A stretch of DNA of 60,631 nt from Candidatus Latescibacterota bacterium (lineage in GTDB: Bacteria; Latescibacterota; UBA2968; UBA8231). The translations under genes and the position numbers were made by a program. A model generated the notes under the pieces. The model saw only the letters and a program-made list of their open reading frames with translations, ran no database searches and had not been told where the DNA came from. Position 1 is the stretch's first letter. Each line of letters opens with the position of its first letter. The DNA lies in contig SICG01000003.1 in assembly GCA_009691525.1 (NCBI GenBank), positions 1 through 60,631 of the forward strand, in the 5' to 3' direction. Shown one piece after another: positions 1 to 9,879 of this stretch.

Positions 1-260
1 GAGGCCGAACTCAGGTCGAAGGCTTCGGCCGGTTCCAGGGCGACATTGAATTCGAACTGCCGAACCCCGGACATGCCCCCGGCCTGGAGCTGGAGGGAAA
101 GGGCGTCCCCAGCCTCCCCCTTGAGCAGCTGGAGGGTTTTGACGTGGGGGCCATCCAGCTGGGGCGAACCGCTGGACTTGGTGCCTTCGCCGACGGTGGA
201 ATTGCAGCTCAGGAACGCGGCGGTCAGGACCAGGGCTCCGAGCGGGGATCTGCTGTGCAT
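1..260 (-). CDS. Putative lipoprotein, partial (runs off window start)
   Basis: Not in ORF track. ATG at 260 after GGAG reads MHSRSPLGALVLTAAFLSC-NSTVGEG..., a lipobox-like signal; frame open to position 1. Confidence 0.6.
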   Translation of the reverse strand, partial: MHSRSPLGALVLTAAFLSCNSTVGEGTKSSGSPQLDGPHVKTLQLLKGEAGDALSLQLQAGGMSGVRQFEFNVALEPAEAFDLSSA

Positions 261-290
261 GTGTTTTCTCCGGTAAGGCGGCCGCCCAGT

Positions 291-1028
291 TCAGTGGCCG
301 CGCACCGTGTGCCGGTCTGGGTAGACCCCGCGCGGGAATTGCTCCAGGTGCAAGGTACCCGGCACATAGTGCCAGGCGGTGCTGTAGCGTGTGCGCTGGC
401 TGTGCAAGTTGTCGTTGGCCCCGTGCAACAGATTCGCCGAGAAGAGGACCACGGTGCCGGCCGGCACGGGCAGGTCGAGGGCCACTTCGTCCTCTACCTG
501 GCACCAGCTGCCGTGGGTGCGCGGATCGCGCTGGTGTTCGACTAGGCCCTTCAGGTGGCTGCCGGGCACCACTCGCAGGCAGCCGTTGCTGCGGTCGGCG
601 TCCTCCAAGTAGATGCCGCAGGAGAGGACCTGCTCAGAGACGGTGCCGAAGTAGTAGTTGTCCTGGTGCCAGTGGGTGGAGCTGCCCCCGCCGGGCAACT
701 TGGGAAAGAACTTGGTGCCGAAGAGGTCTAGATCGGGGCCCAGCAGCATGGCGACCCGGTCGGTGATGGCCGGCTCGCCGGCCAGTTCCAGCAGGCGCGG
801 TTCAACCTGGCACACCCCCTGGACCTTGTGTAACATGCCCGGGATGGGTTTTTCCTCCTGGTCCAGTTCGAGGGAGAAGTGCGGCACCGACGCTGCCAAC
901 CCCCGGCCGCGTTCTACCAGGGCGTCGAAAAGAATCCGGTAATGTGCCAGCCGCTCGGGATTGAGCAAGCGCTCGAAGACCAGGAAGCCCTCGTGGTGGA
1001 ACGCTTCTATTTCTGTCTCACTCAACAT
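291..1028 (-). CDS. Phytanoyl-CoA dioxygenase (PhyH) family Fe/2OG oxygenase
   Basis: HQD motif (THWHQDNYY), NGCLRVVPGSH, distal His (LLHGA). Confidence 0.9.
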   Translation of the reverse strand: MLSETEIEAFHHEGFLVFERLLNPERLAHYRILFDALVERGRGLAASVPHFSLELDQEEKPIPGMLHKVQGVCQVEPRLLELAGEPAITDRVAMLLGPDLDLFGTKFFPKLPGGGSSTHWHQDNYYFGTVSEQVLSCGIYLEDADRSNGCLRVVPGSHLKGLVEHQRDPRTHGSWCQVEDEVALDLPVPAGTVVLFSANLLHGANDNLHSQRTRYSTAWHYVPGTLHLEQFPRGVYPDRHTVRGH

Positions 1029-1031
1029 GGG

Positions 1032-1871
1032 TCAGGGCCTCAGTCCGGCCTGGCGGAAGGCCCGCTCCAGGGTTTGATAGGTGAGGGTGGCGGCGGCCAA
1101 GGGGTCGTAGTTGGGCCGGCGCTGCACCATGATGCTCACCTCGGCGGTGATGTGGCCGGTGTACCCGGCCTTTTTCATCTCGCGCAGATAAGTGACAAAG
1201 TCGAAAGGCCCCTCTCCAGGGATGAGGAACTCGAAGTCGGGCACCACCCCGCGCTGATCCTTGACGTGGGTGTGGGCTGCGTGGGGTGCCAGGGCGGCCA
1301 CGGTGGGGGCGGTGGGCAGGCCCATCACCTCAAAGTGGCTGATGTCGAAGTTGAGTTTGAAATACGGGGAGTTGATCTGCGCCAACAACCACAGTGCCTT
1401 GTCGGGCAAGTCGAGGGAGGAGGAGACATGGGGCTCGATGGCCACCACTACCCCGCGCCCGGCGGCGTACTCGACCAGTTTGCCCAGCCGCTCCAGGATC
1501 AATTCGCGCTTGGGCGCCCAGTCGTCTGGCCCCCCGCCCAGGGTGGTGTCCAAGCAAGGTAAGCCTTCGGGACCGGCCCATTCGGCGCACAAATCGAGAG
1601 CACCGGTCAGCCGCCGCCAGTTCTCGGTGTGGGCCTGGGGGTCTTCTTCGATGAGGGAGCGGTGGCCGGCCACCGCCGGCATCTCCAGCCCGTGCTGGTC
1701 GAAGAGCTGGCGGATGCGCCGGCGCTCTGCCTTGTCCAGGGTGTCCAGCTCGGTGGACCAGCCGGGGATGACCGTGGGCTCAACCCCTTCGAAGCCCAGC
1801 TTCTTGAGATGCTCGAGGGCGGTGTCGATGGGCAGGGTGGGCATGCCCCAGGTCGAGTAGCCGATTTTCAT
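1032..1871 (-). CDS. Sugar phosphate isomerase/epimerase (xylose isomerase-like TIM barrel)
   Basis: GFEGVE, AIEPH, NFDISH, HTHVKD, PGEG, GYTGHITAE motifs. Confidence 0.85.
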   Translation of the reverse strand: MKIGYSTWGMPTLPIDTALEHLKKLGFEGVEPTVIPGWSTELDTLDKAERRRIRQLFDQHGLEMPAVAGHRSLIEEDPQAHTENWRRLTGALDLCAEWAGPEGLPCLDTTLGGGPDDWAPKRELILERLGKLVEYAAGRGVVVAIEPHVSSSLDLPDKALWLLAQINSPYFKLNFDISHFEVMGLPTAPTVAALAPHAAHTHVKDQRGVVPDFEFLIPGEGPFDFVTYLREMKKAGYTGHITAEVSIMVQRRPNYDPLAAATLTYQTLERAFRQAGLRP

Positions 1872-1880
1872 GGGTGCTCC

Positions 1881-3362
1881 TCAGAGGATTTGCTGGTCGA
1901 TGTTCATGGGCACCATGTCGTGGACCTTGCTGTCGAGCATGGCCGAGGGGGAGAGCATTTCGAGCACTGCTTTCTGATGCAGTTCCTCGATGGTGCGGCA
2001 GCCGGCCGTGGCCAGGGTGGCGCTGAGGATCTGGAGCACCACGGGGAATTTCTCGTAGATGGAGCCCAGGTGTGGCACGTACCCGGCGATTCCCTCCTCG
2101 AAGAGCAGATCCTTGAGGTGAGCGTAGCGCCGGAAATTGCGGGCCCGCATGCTGCCTTCCATCCAATACTCCTTGACCACCTCGCCGGCGGCATTTCGGA
2201 CCAGATTTCCGGCGCTCTCGGTATAGCGGGCGAAGAAGTTGCCCATCATGATGGCATCGGCGCCCAGGGCCAGGGCCACGGCCATCTCGGCGGGGCCGCT
2301 GATGCCGCCGTCGGCGATCATGGGGACATAGGTCCCCTGCCGGCTGGCCAGTTCGTCGCGGGCCTGGGCGATATCCATCAGCGCCGTGCCCTGGCCGCGG
2401 CCGGTGGCTTTGATCTCGGAGGTGGTGCAGCCCGAGCCGATGCCCATGCCGACCTTGACCGCGTCGGCGCCGGCCTCCACCAGAAAGCGGAAGCCCTCGG
2501 CGGTGACCACGTTGCCGCCCACTACCGGGACCTGGAAGTTGGCCTTGATCCACTCGATCATCTGTCGCTGGAACTGGGTGTGCCCATCCGAGGCGTCGAT
2601 GACCAACACGTCTACTTCGTGTTCGACCAGGGCGCGGACCCGTTGCTGGTCTTCGGGATGGGTAGAGACCGCGGCCCCCACCAGCAGGCGTTTTTGCAGG
2701 TCGATGGATTCGTTGGGATGCAGGAGGTGTTTGTCGAGGTCTTTCTTAAAGACCACTGCCTGCAGCACTCCGTCCTTGGAGAGGATGGGCAGGAAGCCAC
2801 GGCCATATTTGATCATCAGCTCGTTGGCTTCCTTCAGGTCTTTGAGCTCGACCCCGGCCTGCACGTCGGTTTTCATGCGGTCAGCCACCGTACACTCGTG
2901 GTCGCGGCGGGCGTCGAAGTCCTTGTCGGTGAGGATGCCGATGAGTCGGTCGTGGAAGTCGCCGCTCTGGGTCACCGGGAAGGTGGAATACCCCGTATCC
3001 GCCATGATCTCCATGACCTCGCCGATGCGCTGGGTCGGCGAGAGCGTGAGGATACTGGTCTGGAAGCCGGCTTTGAAACGTTTGACCCGGTCGATTTTGG
3101 CGCACTGCTCGTCGAGGGTCTGGCTAACTGGCAGGATGCCGATGCCGCCCAGTTGGGCGATGCCGATGGCCATCTCGGTGCCGGTCACCGCCTGCATGGC
3201 GGCGCTCAGGAAGGGCGTGTAGAGCTGGAGAAAGCCATCTCCCTGGCGGCAGAAGCGGGTGCTCAGCGAGACCTTGGGGGCCGTGCTGTCGGTGGGGGTG
3301 TACCCGGGCAGGAGGCGGAATTCCTTGAGGCTGTGCGAAAGGGCGGTGAGAACCTTGGCCAT
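1881..3362 (-). CDS. guaB: IMP dehydrogenase with CBS pair
   Basis: [26 protein letters not shown] catalytic loop, IADGGI, YWMEGS. Confidence 0.92.
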   Translation of the reverse strand: MAKVLTALSHSLKEFRLLPGYTPTDSTAPKVSLSTRFCRQGDGFLQLYTPFLSAAMQAVTGTEMAIGIAQLGGIGILPVSQTLDEQCAKIDRVKRFKAGFQTSILTLSPTQRIGEVMEIMADTGYSTFPVTQSGDFHDRLIGILTDKDFDARRDHECTVADRMKTDVQAGVELKDLKEANELMIKYGRGFLPILSKDGVLQAVVFKKDLDKHLLHPNESIDLQKRLLVGAAVSTHPEDQQRVRALVEHEVDVLVIDASDGHTQFQRQMIEWIKANFQVPVVGGNVVTAEGFRFLVEAGADAVKVGMGIGSGCTTSEIKATGRGQGTALMDIAQARDELASRQGTYVPMIADGGISGPAEMAVALALGADAIMMGNFFARYTESAGNLVRNAAGEVVKEYWMEGSMRARNFRRYAHLKDLLFEEGIAGYVPHLGSIYEKFPVVLQILSATLATAGCRTIEELHQKAVLEMLSPSAMLDSKVHDMVPMNIDQQIL

Positions 3363-3510
3363 GGCGCGTCTGACCTCGCCGGTAGGGGGTGCTGGGAGAG
3401 GGAGTCTATAATAATAGCGATCCGGGGGCTATGGTTCAAATCGATATTGATGTTATTATATATATGCCCCCTCGAATCGGCGAGTGGGACCTATGCTGGA
3501 GGAGTAAACG

Positions 3511-3765
3511 ATGGGCTACCACCTGAGGAATAACGCAGATTCCGACACCGAACAGGTACTCAGTTTTATGGCCGGGTGTCTGGCTGGCCTGGCCATCGGT
3601 GGGGCCCTGGGATTACTCCTGGCCCCCCACCGGGGCGATATCACCCGGCGCAAAATCACCCGGCAGGCCGGCGAAACTAAGGATCAGGTGATCCAGGCGG
3701 TTGAGGAATTGATGGAAAAGCGACAGAAAGGGACGCGCGATGGCGACAAAGACGCAAATAGCTGA
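3511..3765 (+). CDS. YtxH-like protein
   Basis: GLAIGGALGLLLAPHRGDITRRKI motif; GGAG RBS. Confidence 0.75.
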   Translation: MGYHLRNNADSDTEQVLSFMAGCLAGLAIGGALGLLLAPHRGDITRRKITRQAGETKDQVIQAVEELMEKRQKGTRDGDKDANS

Positions 3766-4111
3766 TATGCTCCGGGGCCGGCTGGCCAATGTGGCCGAGC
3801 GGGGCCGGGTGCTGGGCCAGGCCCTGGGGGTGCGGGCCGACATGGCTGCCACCCGCCGCAGGCTGCGGGCCGCCCTGGCCGACCTGGGCGAGGAAGTCCA
3901 CATCCGGCTGCGGGCCGGCCAGGAGCAGGGGCTGGCCGCTGAGGTCAAGGTGCGGGATCTGCAGGACCAGGTCGACGGACTCAAGGCTGAGTTGCGGCTC
4001 CAGGAGACGGAATTGCGCCGGATCATGCAGGAAGGCATCAGGCGCGGCGAGCGGCCCGACGATGGCAGCCCGCTCCGGCCGGATGTCGAAGGGGAAGGCG
4101 GCGTTTTATGA
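3740..4111 (+). CDS. Hypothetical coiled-coil protein
   Basis: Overlaps YtxH-like gene; heptad-rich segment VRDLQDQVDGLKAELRLQE. Confidence 0.6.
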   Translation: MATKTQIADMLRGRLANVAERGRVLGQALGVRADMAATRRRLRAALADLGEEVHIRLRAGQEQGLAAEVKVRDLQDQVDGLKAELRLQETELRRIMQEGIRRGERPDDGSPLRPDVEGEGGVL

Positions 4112-4200
4112 CGCGATTTATGCTGGGTGTGGTGGTGGGGCTGGTGGCTGGGCTGCTGATCTTCAGCACGCTGATGGACTGCTGGGAAGAAGGGGCCTGA
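4108..4200 (+). CDS. Small single-TM protein (30 aa)
   Basis: MTRFMLGVVVGLVAGLLIFSTLMDCWEEGA; ATGA overlap with upstream stop; below ORF-track cutoff. Confidence 0.55.
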   Translation: MTRFMLGVVVGLVAGLLIFSTLMDCWEEGA

Positions 4201-4223
4201 AGCAGAGGGACTGGCGTTTTTCC

Positions 4224-4649
4224 CTACAGAAATAAGGCCGGGTTCACTTTGAACCCCTCTGACAGAATGCGGATATGAGTCTTGCTCAGTTGCCGCTCCC
4301 CCCGGAGGATCTTCCCTCCCAGCGAGCGATTGTTGCCCAGTAGCTCGCCCAGCGGGGAGCCATTCATTCCCTGATGCTCCATGAGATGCTGAAGGGAAGC
4401 GAGCGGAGAAAGCTGAGAGAGATCCGCTGCATAATGTTCCTCGTCGTACTTGCCCACCAGGGTCGCCAGGGTTTCAAGGTAGTCCTCCTGGTCGGCGGTG
4501 CGCCGGTCGAGCACGGCCAGGCGGTCCAGGATCTCAACGGCATTGTCGTAGTCCACCGCGTCGCGGATCGGCCGCAGAGGGTGCAGGGCGTTGAGAGTCG
4601 CAAAGGTAGTGGGTAAAGACGGGCGGCGGGTGGCCCTGACGGGTCTCAT
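4224..4649 (-). CDS. higA: HigA-like HTH antitoxin (orphan)
   Basis: LRPIRDAVDYDNA, YLETLATLVGKYDE, ILRGERQLSKTHIRILSEGFKVNPALF. Confidence 0.8.
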   Translation of the reverse strand: MRPVRATRRPSLPTTFATLNALHPLRPIRDAVDYDNAVEILDRLAVLDRRTADQEDYLETLATLVGKYDEEHYAADLSQLSPLASLQHLMEHQGMNGSPLGELLGNNRSLGGKILRGERQLSKTHIRILSEGFKVNPALFL

Positions 4650-4709
4650 AGCTCAGCCCTCCAGGAGGATTCAATTCCTCACTCGTCGAACCCCAGCGCG
4701 AAGCGTCTC

Positions 4710-4859
4710 CGGGGCACTCCCCCGACCCTGGAACCCATCAAAACGAGACTAACAGGCCAGGAGGGTTAGGCCACCGGCATGGCTTGTTCGGCAAACCACG
4801 CCAGCGACTTGGCGTAGAATGCGAACGACCTCTTCGACGCTGCGGGTTTTCCGTTTCAT
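4710..4859 (-). mobile_element. Possible internally deleted IS3-family remnant
   Basis: ATG at 4859 reads MKRKTRSVEEVVRILRQ, similar to IS3 OrfA N-termini, then ends quickly; left boundary approximate. Confidence 0.35.
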
Positions 4860-4886
4860 AACGGTTGATTATGCTGGGCTTGCGCC

Positions 4887-5214
4887 CGGGTTGGCTGGGC
4901 ACAGCGCTTCTTCCAGCGTTGGTACTTTTGGGCGACCCACTCGCGCTTGGAGCCCATCATCAAAGTAGCCAAGACCCTGAAACGTCATCTGCCCAATCTG
5001 CTCACCTACTTGGTCCATCGTTTCACCAACGCCCTCAGCGAGAGCCTCAATACCCAGATAGAGAAACTCAAACGTATGGCCTGTGGCTTTCGCAATCGCG
5101 AGCATTTCAAGAAGGCCATCTACTTCCACTGTGGCGGTCTGGACCTCTACCCCCGCGCCCACAATACCTCAACCACTATATCTTGTGCCCACCCACACTG
5201 AACCCCGATGCGCC
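4887..5214 (+). mobile_element. ISL3-family transposase C-terminal fragment with right end
   Basis: WAQRFFQRWYFWATHSRLEPIIKVAKTLKRH...TNALSESLN...GFRNREHFKKAIYFHCGGLDLYP; IR-like end, revcomp GGCGCATCGGGGTTCAGTGTGGGT, at 5191-5214. Confidence 0.85.
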
Positions 5215-5368
5215 GTGTTTTGATGGGCAGAGAGATTCCGAAAACCAAGATACACAACCCACTAGATAACATCGGGGCAAAGTATGATGAGGAGACAAGG
5301 CGCTGGCAGTTGTTACAAACTGAGAGTAGTGTAGACGCCAAGGAGCCTGATTCCGAGGCTCTCCGAAC

Positions 5369-5472
5369 AGATGGGCCAATACTCTTCGAGGTTCAAGAAA
5401 GAACTCCCCCTCCCCCCCCATCCCGTAGTTGAACTGGTAGAGCCGGCTGTAGATGCCGCCCAGCTTGATCAG
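5369..5472. repeat. Direct repeat copy A: duplicate of ABC gene 3' end and downstream sequence
   Basis: Aligns with 6288-6400; minus strand reads LIKLGGIYSRLYQFNYGMG. Confidence 0.9.
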
Positions 5473-5492
5473 TGCCTCACTCCAACCCTGCT

Positions 5493-5948
5493 TCAGTCTT
5501 CGGGATTGAGGACGGCAAGTCTTTCTCGGTGGGCGATTTGGCACAGCGCGGCATCGGCGCAGACGAAGTGGTCGAGCGGGGTTTTCTGGTGAAATTCGAG
5601 GGTGGTGGCCAGTTGTAGGGCATCCAGGGTGCGCAGGTTGTGGGATAACCCATGCTTCATCATCAGCAGGATGGCCTGCAGGTGGTGGCCTTGTTCCAAG
5701 GGAGTGATGCGCACCTTACGTGCACGAAGATCTGCGTAGAAGAGCCGGCGAACGGTGTGAAACCCTTCTTCAGTCAACTCGTTGGTGCGGACCTTGCGGG
5801 CGAGTACTGAGTGCAGTTCGACCAAGGTGAGGCGAGAAATAAAATTGCTGTGTGTGGGGTTTTCTAGAAGGGCAACAACTTTGGATCTGCCTGTTTCGAG
5901 GTGGTAGTAATTGACCAGGGCACTAGTGTCAAAAAAGTAAACGCCCAC
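5493..5948 (-). CDS. vapC: VapC-like PIN-domain toxin
   Basis: YFFDTSALV, LTLVELHS, LRTLDALQLA, FVCAD. Confidence 0.9.
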   Translation of the reverse strand: MGVYFFDTSALVNYYHLETGRSKVVALLENPTHSNFISRLTLVELHSVLARKVRTNELTEEGFHTVRRLFYADLRARKVRITPLEQGHHLQAILLMMKHGLSHNLRTLDALQLATTLEFHQKTPLDHFVCADAALCQIAHRERLAVLNPED

Positions 5949-5951
5949 TGT

Positions 5952-6251
5952 CTATTCGTTTCGTTCGCCAATGGCTTCTGCAGAGAGGGAGTTTTTGATC
6001 CGTGAGGTAGCCTTTAGCACCTCTTCCAGAGAGATGCCATCATCCGTCTCCGCGAGGATCAACTGCCCCAGGCTGGTGCTCCAGAATTCTTCCTCTTCAG
6101 GCGAAGTGGTCGCTGGCACAAGAGTGCTTTGCAGTCGCTCGTCTATGCGCTTTTTCACTTCGACCAGGTCTTCTGGTGCTAAGTGGAAAAGAGCCTCGGT
6201 CAGTTTTTCGAAGGGCAGATGGATTTCGATGTCTTTCTGCAGTGACGACAT
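5952..6251 (-). CDS. Putative antitoxin
   Basis: Acidic 99-aa ORF directly upstream of PIN gene; C-terminal SLSAEAIGER. Confidence 0.65.
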   Translation of the reverse strand: MSSLQKDIEIHLPFEKLTEALFHLAPEDLVEVKKRIDERLQSTLVPATTSPEEEEFWSTSLGQLILAETDDGISLEEVLKATSRIKNSLSAEAIGERNE

Positions 6252-6287
6252 GGGATACCTCTCAGGGCAGAAGATGGTCTTCCCTAA

Positions 6288-6400
6288 AGATGGGTCAATA
6301 TGCTCCGAGGTTCAAGAAGGAAGAATTACCCCTCCCCTTCCTCCCCCATCCCATAGCTGAGCTGGTACAACCGGCTGTAGATGCCGCCCAGTTTGATCAG
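6288..6400. repeat. Direct repeat copy B: the in-use 3' end of the ABC gene
   Basis: Aligns with 5369-5472. Confidence 0.9.
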
Positions 6401-8125
6401 CTCCTCGTGCCGGCCCTGCTCGCGCACCTGGCCGTGGTGCAACACGATGATCTGGTCGGCGTGGCGGATGGTGGAGAGGCGGTGGGCGATGACGATGGAG
6501 GTGCGGCCCTTCATCAGCTTGGCGATGGCGTCCTGGATGAGTTGCTCGGTCTCGGTGTCGATGTTGGAGGTGGCTTCGTCCAGCACCAAAATCTGCGGAT
6601 CAAAGGCCAGAGCCCGGGCAAAGGAGAGCAACTGGCGCTCGCCCGATGAGAGAGTGGACCCGCGCTCGGCCACGGCCTGGGCAAAGCCCTGGGGCAGCCG
6701 GCGGATGAAACGCTCGGCATTGACGTGGCGGGCGGCCTGCTCCACCTGCTGGTCGGAGATGCTCCGGTTCCCCAGCCGGATATTGCCCTGGATATCCCCC
6801 GAAAACAGGAACACGTCCTGCTGCACGATGCCGATGCGCCGGCGCAGGTCATCCACGTGCCACTCCCGCACCTCGCGGCCATCCACCCGGACGGTCCCCT
6901 CCTGGATATCGTAGAAGCGGCACAGCAGATTGACGATGGTGGTCTTGCCCGAGCCAGTGGCCCCCACCAGAGCCAGGCTGTGGCCGGCCTCCAGGCGGAA
7001 GGACACATTCTTGAGGATATAGTCAGCGGCCTCGGGATTGTACTTGAAGCTCACCCCCTCGAACTCGATGACCCCCCCCTTTTTCTCGACCCCGTCGAGC
7101 TCTGGCGGGCCGCCCTGCGACTCGGTGGGGGTGTCGAGCAGGGTGAAGATGCGCTCCGAGGAAGCCATGGCCCCCAGCAGCAGGGTGTAGCGGTCGTTGA
7201 TGTCCATGATGGGGCGGAAGAAGCGAAGCACGTACTGGAGGAAGGCCACCAGCACTCCCAGTTCGATGCGGTGGTCGAAAACCGCGCCGGCCCCCCACCA
7301 GATGACCAGGCCCACACCCAGGGTGCCGATCAGCTCACTAAAGGGGAAAAAGATCGCGTAATAACGGATCTCCCGCTCCTCGGCCCGGCGATAGGGCAGG
7401 TGCTCGCGGTCGAAGTCCTGCTGGTTGCGCTCCTGGCGGTTGAAGAGCTGCACCACCTCCATGCCGGCGATGTTCTCCTGCAGGTAGGCATTGAGCCGGG
7501 CCAGGCGGAAGCGCAATTCGCGGTAGGCCCGCATGGCCCGGTCCTGGGTGTAGAAGGTGAGTACACACAGGGCGGGGATCACCCCACAGGAAATCAGGGT
7601 GAGCTGCCAGTCCATGCCGGCCATAAAGAAGAGGATGGCCACCAGGGTGAACAGATCCAGAAAGACCGAGACCACCCCATCGGTGAAGAACTCGTTGAGA
7701 GCCTCCACGTCGTTGGTGGTGCGGGTCATGATGCGGCCCACGGGCGTGCGGTCGAAGTAACGCATGGGCAGATGTTGCAGATGTACGAAGATCTGCCGCC
7801 GCAAATCGCGCATGGCGAACTGGCCGGTAAGTTCGGTGACCATGGTCTGCCCGTACTGGGCCAGGTACTGGAGGGCGAGGCTGCCAAAGAAGAGCAGGAT
7901 GATCCAGGAGAGGCCCTCCAGGTCGCCCTTGAGCAGGTGTTCGTCCACGGCGATCTGGGTGAGGCGGGGGCCTAGCTGGCCGGAGATGGCCGAGACCAGG
8001 ATCAGGGCCAGGGCCGCCCCCACCCGCGCCTTGTACGGGCGCAGGTACACCAGCAGGCGCAAGAGCAGCCGGCGGTCGAAGGGGCGCTCCTGGACCTCTT
8101 CTTCTTGATGAGTGGTTCCGCTCAC
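6326..8125 (-). CDS. ABC exporter permease/ATPase, MdlB/YheH-like subunit
   Basis: TM domain, GATGSGKT, LSSGERQ, LDEAT, IAHRLST; start reset to GTG at 8125 overlapping the upstream stop. Confidence 0.9.
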   Translation of the reverse strand: MSGTTHQEEEVQERPFDRRLLLRLLVYLRPYKARVGAALALILVSAISGQLGPRLTQIAVDEHLLKGDLEGLSWIILLFFGSLALQYLAQYGQTMVTELTGQFAMRDLRRQIFVHLQHLPMRYFDRTPVGRIMTRTTNDVEALNEFFTDGVVSVFLDLFTLVAILFFMAGMDWQLTLISCGVIPALCVLTFYTQDRAMRAYRELRFRLARLNAYLQENIAGMEVVQLFNRQERNQQDFDREHLPYRRAEEREIRYYAIFFPFSELIGTLGVGLVIWWGAGAVFDHRIELGVLVAFLQYVLRFFRPIMDINDRYTLLLGAMASSERIFTLLDTPTESQGGPPELDGVEKKGGVIEFEGVSFKYNPEAADYILKNVSFRLEAGHSLALVGATGSGKTTIVNLLCRFYDIQEGTVRVDGREVREWHVDDLRRRIGIVQQDVFLFSGDIQGNIRLGNRSISDQQVEQAARHVNAERFIRRLPQGFAQAVAERGSTLSSGERQLLSFARALAFDPQILVLDEATSNIDTETEQLIQDAIAKLMKGRTSIVIAHRLSTIRHADQIIVLHHGQVREQGRHEELIKLGGIYSRLYQLSYGMGEEGEG

Positions 8126-9873
8126 AGGGTTTCCAACTCGGCGGCCAGCTGCTGCCGGCGGAAGAGGTCGGCGTAGAGCCCCCCCAGCGCCACCAGGTCT
8201 TCGTGGTTGCCCTGTTCGCTGATACGGCCCTCGTCGAAGACCACGATGTGATCGGCTTCGCGCAGGGTGGAGATGCGGTGGGCGATGAGCAGGGTGGTGC
8301 GGCCTTTCATCACCTGGCGCAAATGGCCCAGGATGGCCTCCTCGGTGTGGGTATCCACGGCCGAGAGGGCGTCGTCGAGGATCAGGATACGCGGTTGTAA
8401 GATCAGGGCGCGGCCCAAGGTGGCCCGTTGTTTCTGGCCGCCCGATAAAGTGACCCCCCGCTCGCCGATCAGGGTACCAAAGCCCTCGGGGAAGGCTTCC
8501 ACGTCCTGGCGCAACTGGGCCTGCTCGGCGGCCAGCAATACCTGTTCTTCGCTGGCGCCGGGGGCTCCGTACGCCACATTGGCACGGATGGTATCGGAGA
8601 AGAGAAAAGGGCTCTGCGAGACGTAGCCGATGGATTGGCGCAGTTCTTCTAGCGGCCACTCTTCCACCGGAGTCCCGTCGATGAAGAGTTGGCCGGGGCC
8701 GGCTTCGATCAGGCGCGGGATGAGCCGGGCCAGGGTGGTTTTGCCGGTGCCCACTCGCCCCACCACACCCAGGGTGGCGCCGGCGGGAATGTCGAGATTA
8801 ATGCCGTGCAGGATCTGGCTGTCGCCGTAGGAGAAGTTCAGGTTGCGGAAGTGGATGTGGCCTTCGACGTGTTTCTCCTTCAGCAGCAGCGCCGGGGCGC
8901 GGTCGCGGATCTCGGGCTGCACCTCCATGATCTCGTTGATGCGGCGCATGGCCACCAGCGAGCGCTGGAAGCGGTCGATGACCCAGCCGATGAAGGAGAG
9001 GGGTCGGATCAGCATGGTCAGGTACCCGTTGAAGGCCACAAAATCGCCGATGGACAGGGTGCCGGCAATGACCTGTTTACCCCCGAACCACAAGATCAGC
9101 CCCAACCCCACCGAAGAGATGACCGCCGACATGGGGTGGTAGACCGCGTGGGTGCGGGTCAGGTGGTAGTTCTTTTGAAGATATTCCTGGTTGAGTTCGT
9201 CGAAGGTGGCCAGTTGTGAGGGGCCCTGGGCATAGGCCTTGACGATACGAATGCCGGCGACGTTTTCCTGGATGAAGGTGCTGATTTCGCCGAAGAAGTC
9301 CTGAATGACCCGGAACCGGTGGTGGACCAGGGAGGCCATACGAATGATCAGCAGGCTGAAAATGGGCATGGGGATCAGCACCACCAGGGCCAACTTCCAG
9401 TCGATGGAGGTCATCATGGCGACGCTAAAAAAGAAGATGGTCAGGGCCTCGGCCAGGGAGCGCAATCCATAGGTGAAAAAGATACGCACGGCGTTGAGGT
9501 CGTTGGTGGCCCGCGACATCAGATCGCCGGTGCTCTGCTGTTGGTAGAAGGAGAGGGGCATCTTGAGCAGGTGGGCGAAGTACTGTTTGCGGATGTCGTA
9601 CTCGATGCGGGCCGAGGCCCCGCCGGTGAGCCGGCGCATGAAGTGGTTGCAGACCGCCACCCCCAGAGCCAGGCCACCGATCTGCAGCACATATCCATGG
9701 ATCAGGCCCAGCCGGTCCAGGGGCTGGGGGGCCAGCGGGTCAATGGCACTGACCGCTTGGCCGGTGAGCAAGGGGATCAGAGCGGCAGCGGCTTGGGCCA
9801 GCAGGATCATCAGCAGGCCGGCCAGCAGGTGCCGGTAGTACGGGCGGATGTAGAGGGTGAAGGGTCCGAACAT
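8122..9873 (-). CDS. ABC exporter permease/ATPase, MdlA/YheI-like subunit
   Basis: GRVGTGKT, LSGGQKQR, degenerate Walker B LDDAL typical of heterodimeric exporters. Confidence 0.9.
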   Translation of the reverse strand: MFGPFTLYIRPYYRHLLAGLLMILLAQAAAALIPLLTGQAVSAIDPLAPQPLDRLGLIHGYVLQIGGLALGVAVCNHFMRRLTGGASARIEYDIRKQYFAHLLKMPLSFYQQQSTGDLMSRATNDLNAVRIFFTYGLRSLAEALTIFFFSVAMMTSIDWKLALVVLIPMPIFSLLIIRMASLVHHRFRVIQDFFGEISTFIQENVAGIRIVKAYAQGPSQLATFDELNQEYLQKNYHLTRTHAVYHPMSAVISSVGLGLILWFGGKQVIAGTLSIGDFVAFNGYLTMLIRPLSFIGWVIDRFQRSLVAMRRINEIMEVQPEIRDRAPALLLKEKHVEGHIHFRNLNFSYGDSQILHGINLDIPAGATLGVVGRVGTGKTTLARLIPRLIEAGPGQLFIDGTPVEEWPLEELRQSIGYVSQSPFLFSDTIRANVAYGAPGASEEQVLLAAEQAQLRQDVEAFPEGFGTLIGERGVTLSGGQKQRATLGRALILQPRILILDDALSAVDTHTEEAILGHLRQVMKGRTTLLIAHRISTLREADHIVVFDEGRISEQGNHEDLVALGGLYADLFRRQQLAAELETL

Positions 9874-9879
9874 AGGCGT

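Noticed and set aside
1629-3533. 634-aa plus-strand ORF and similar long antisense ORFs (6725-7975, 10893-12434, 37968-39287, 44316-45731)
   Set aside because: Antisense shadows of well-supported genes in high-GC DNA; no recognisable motifs
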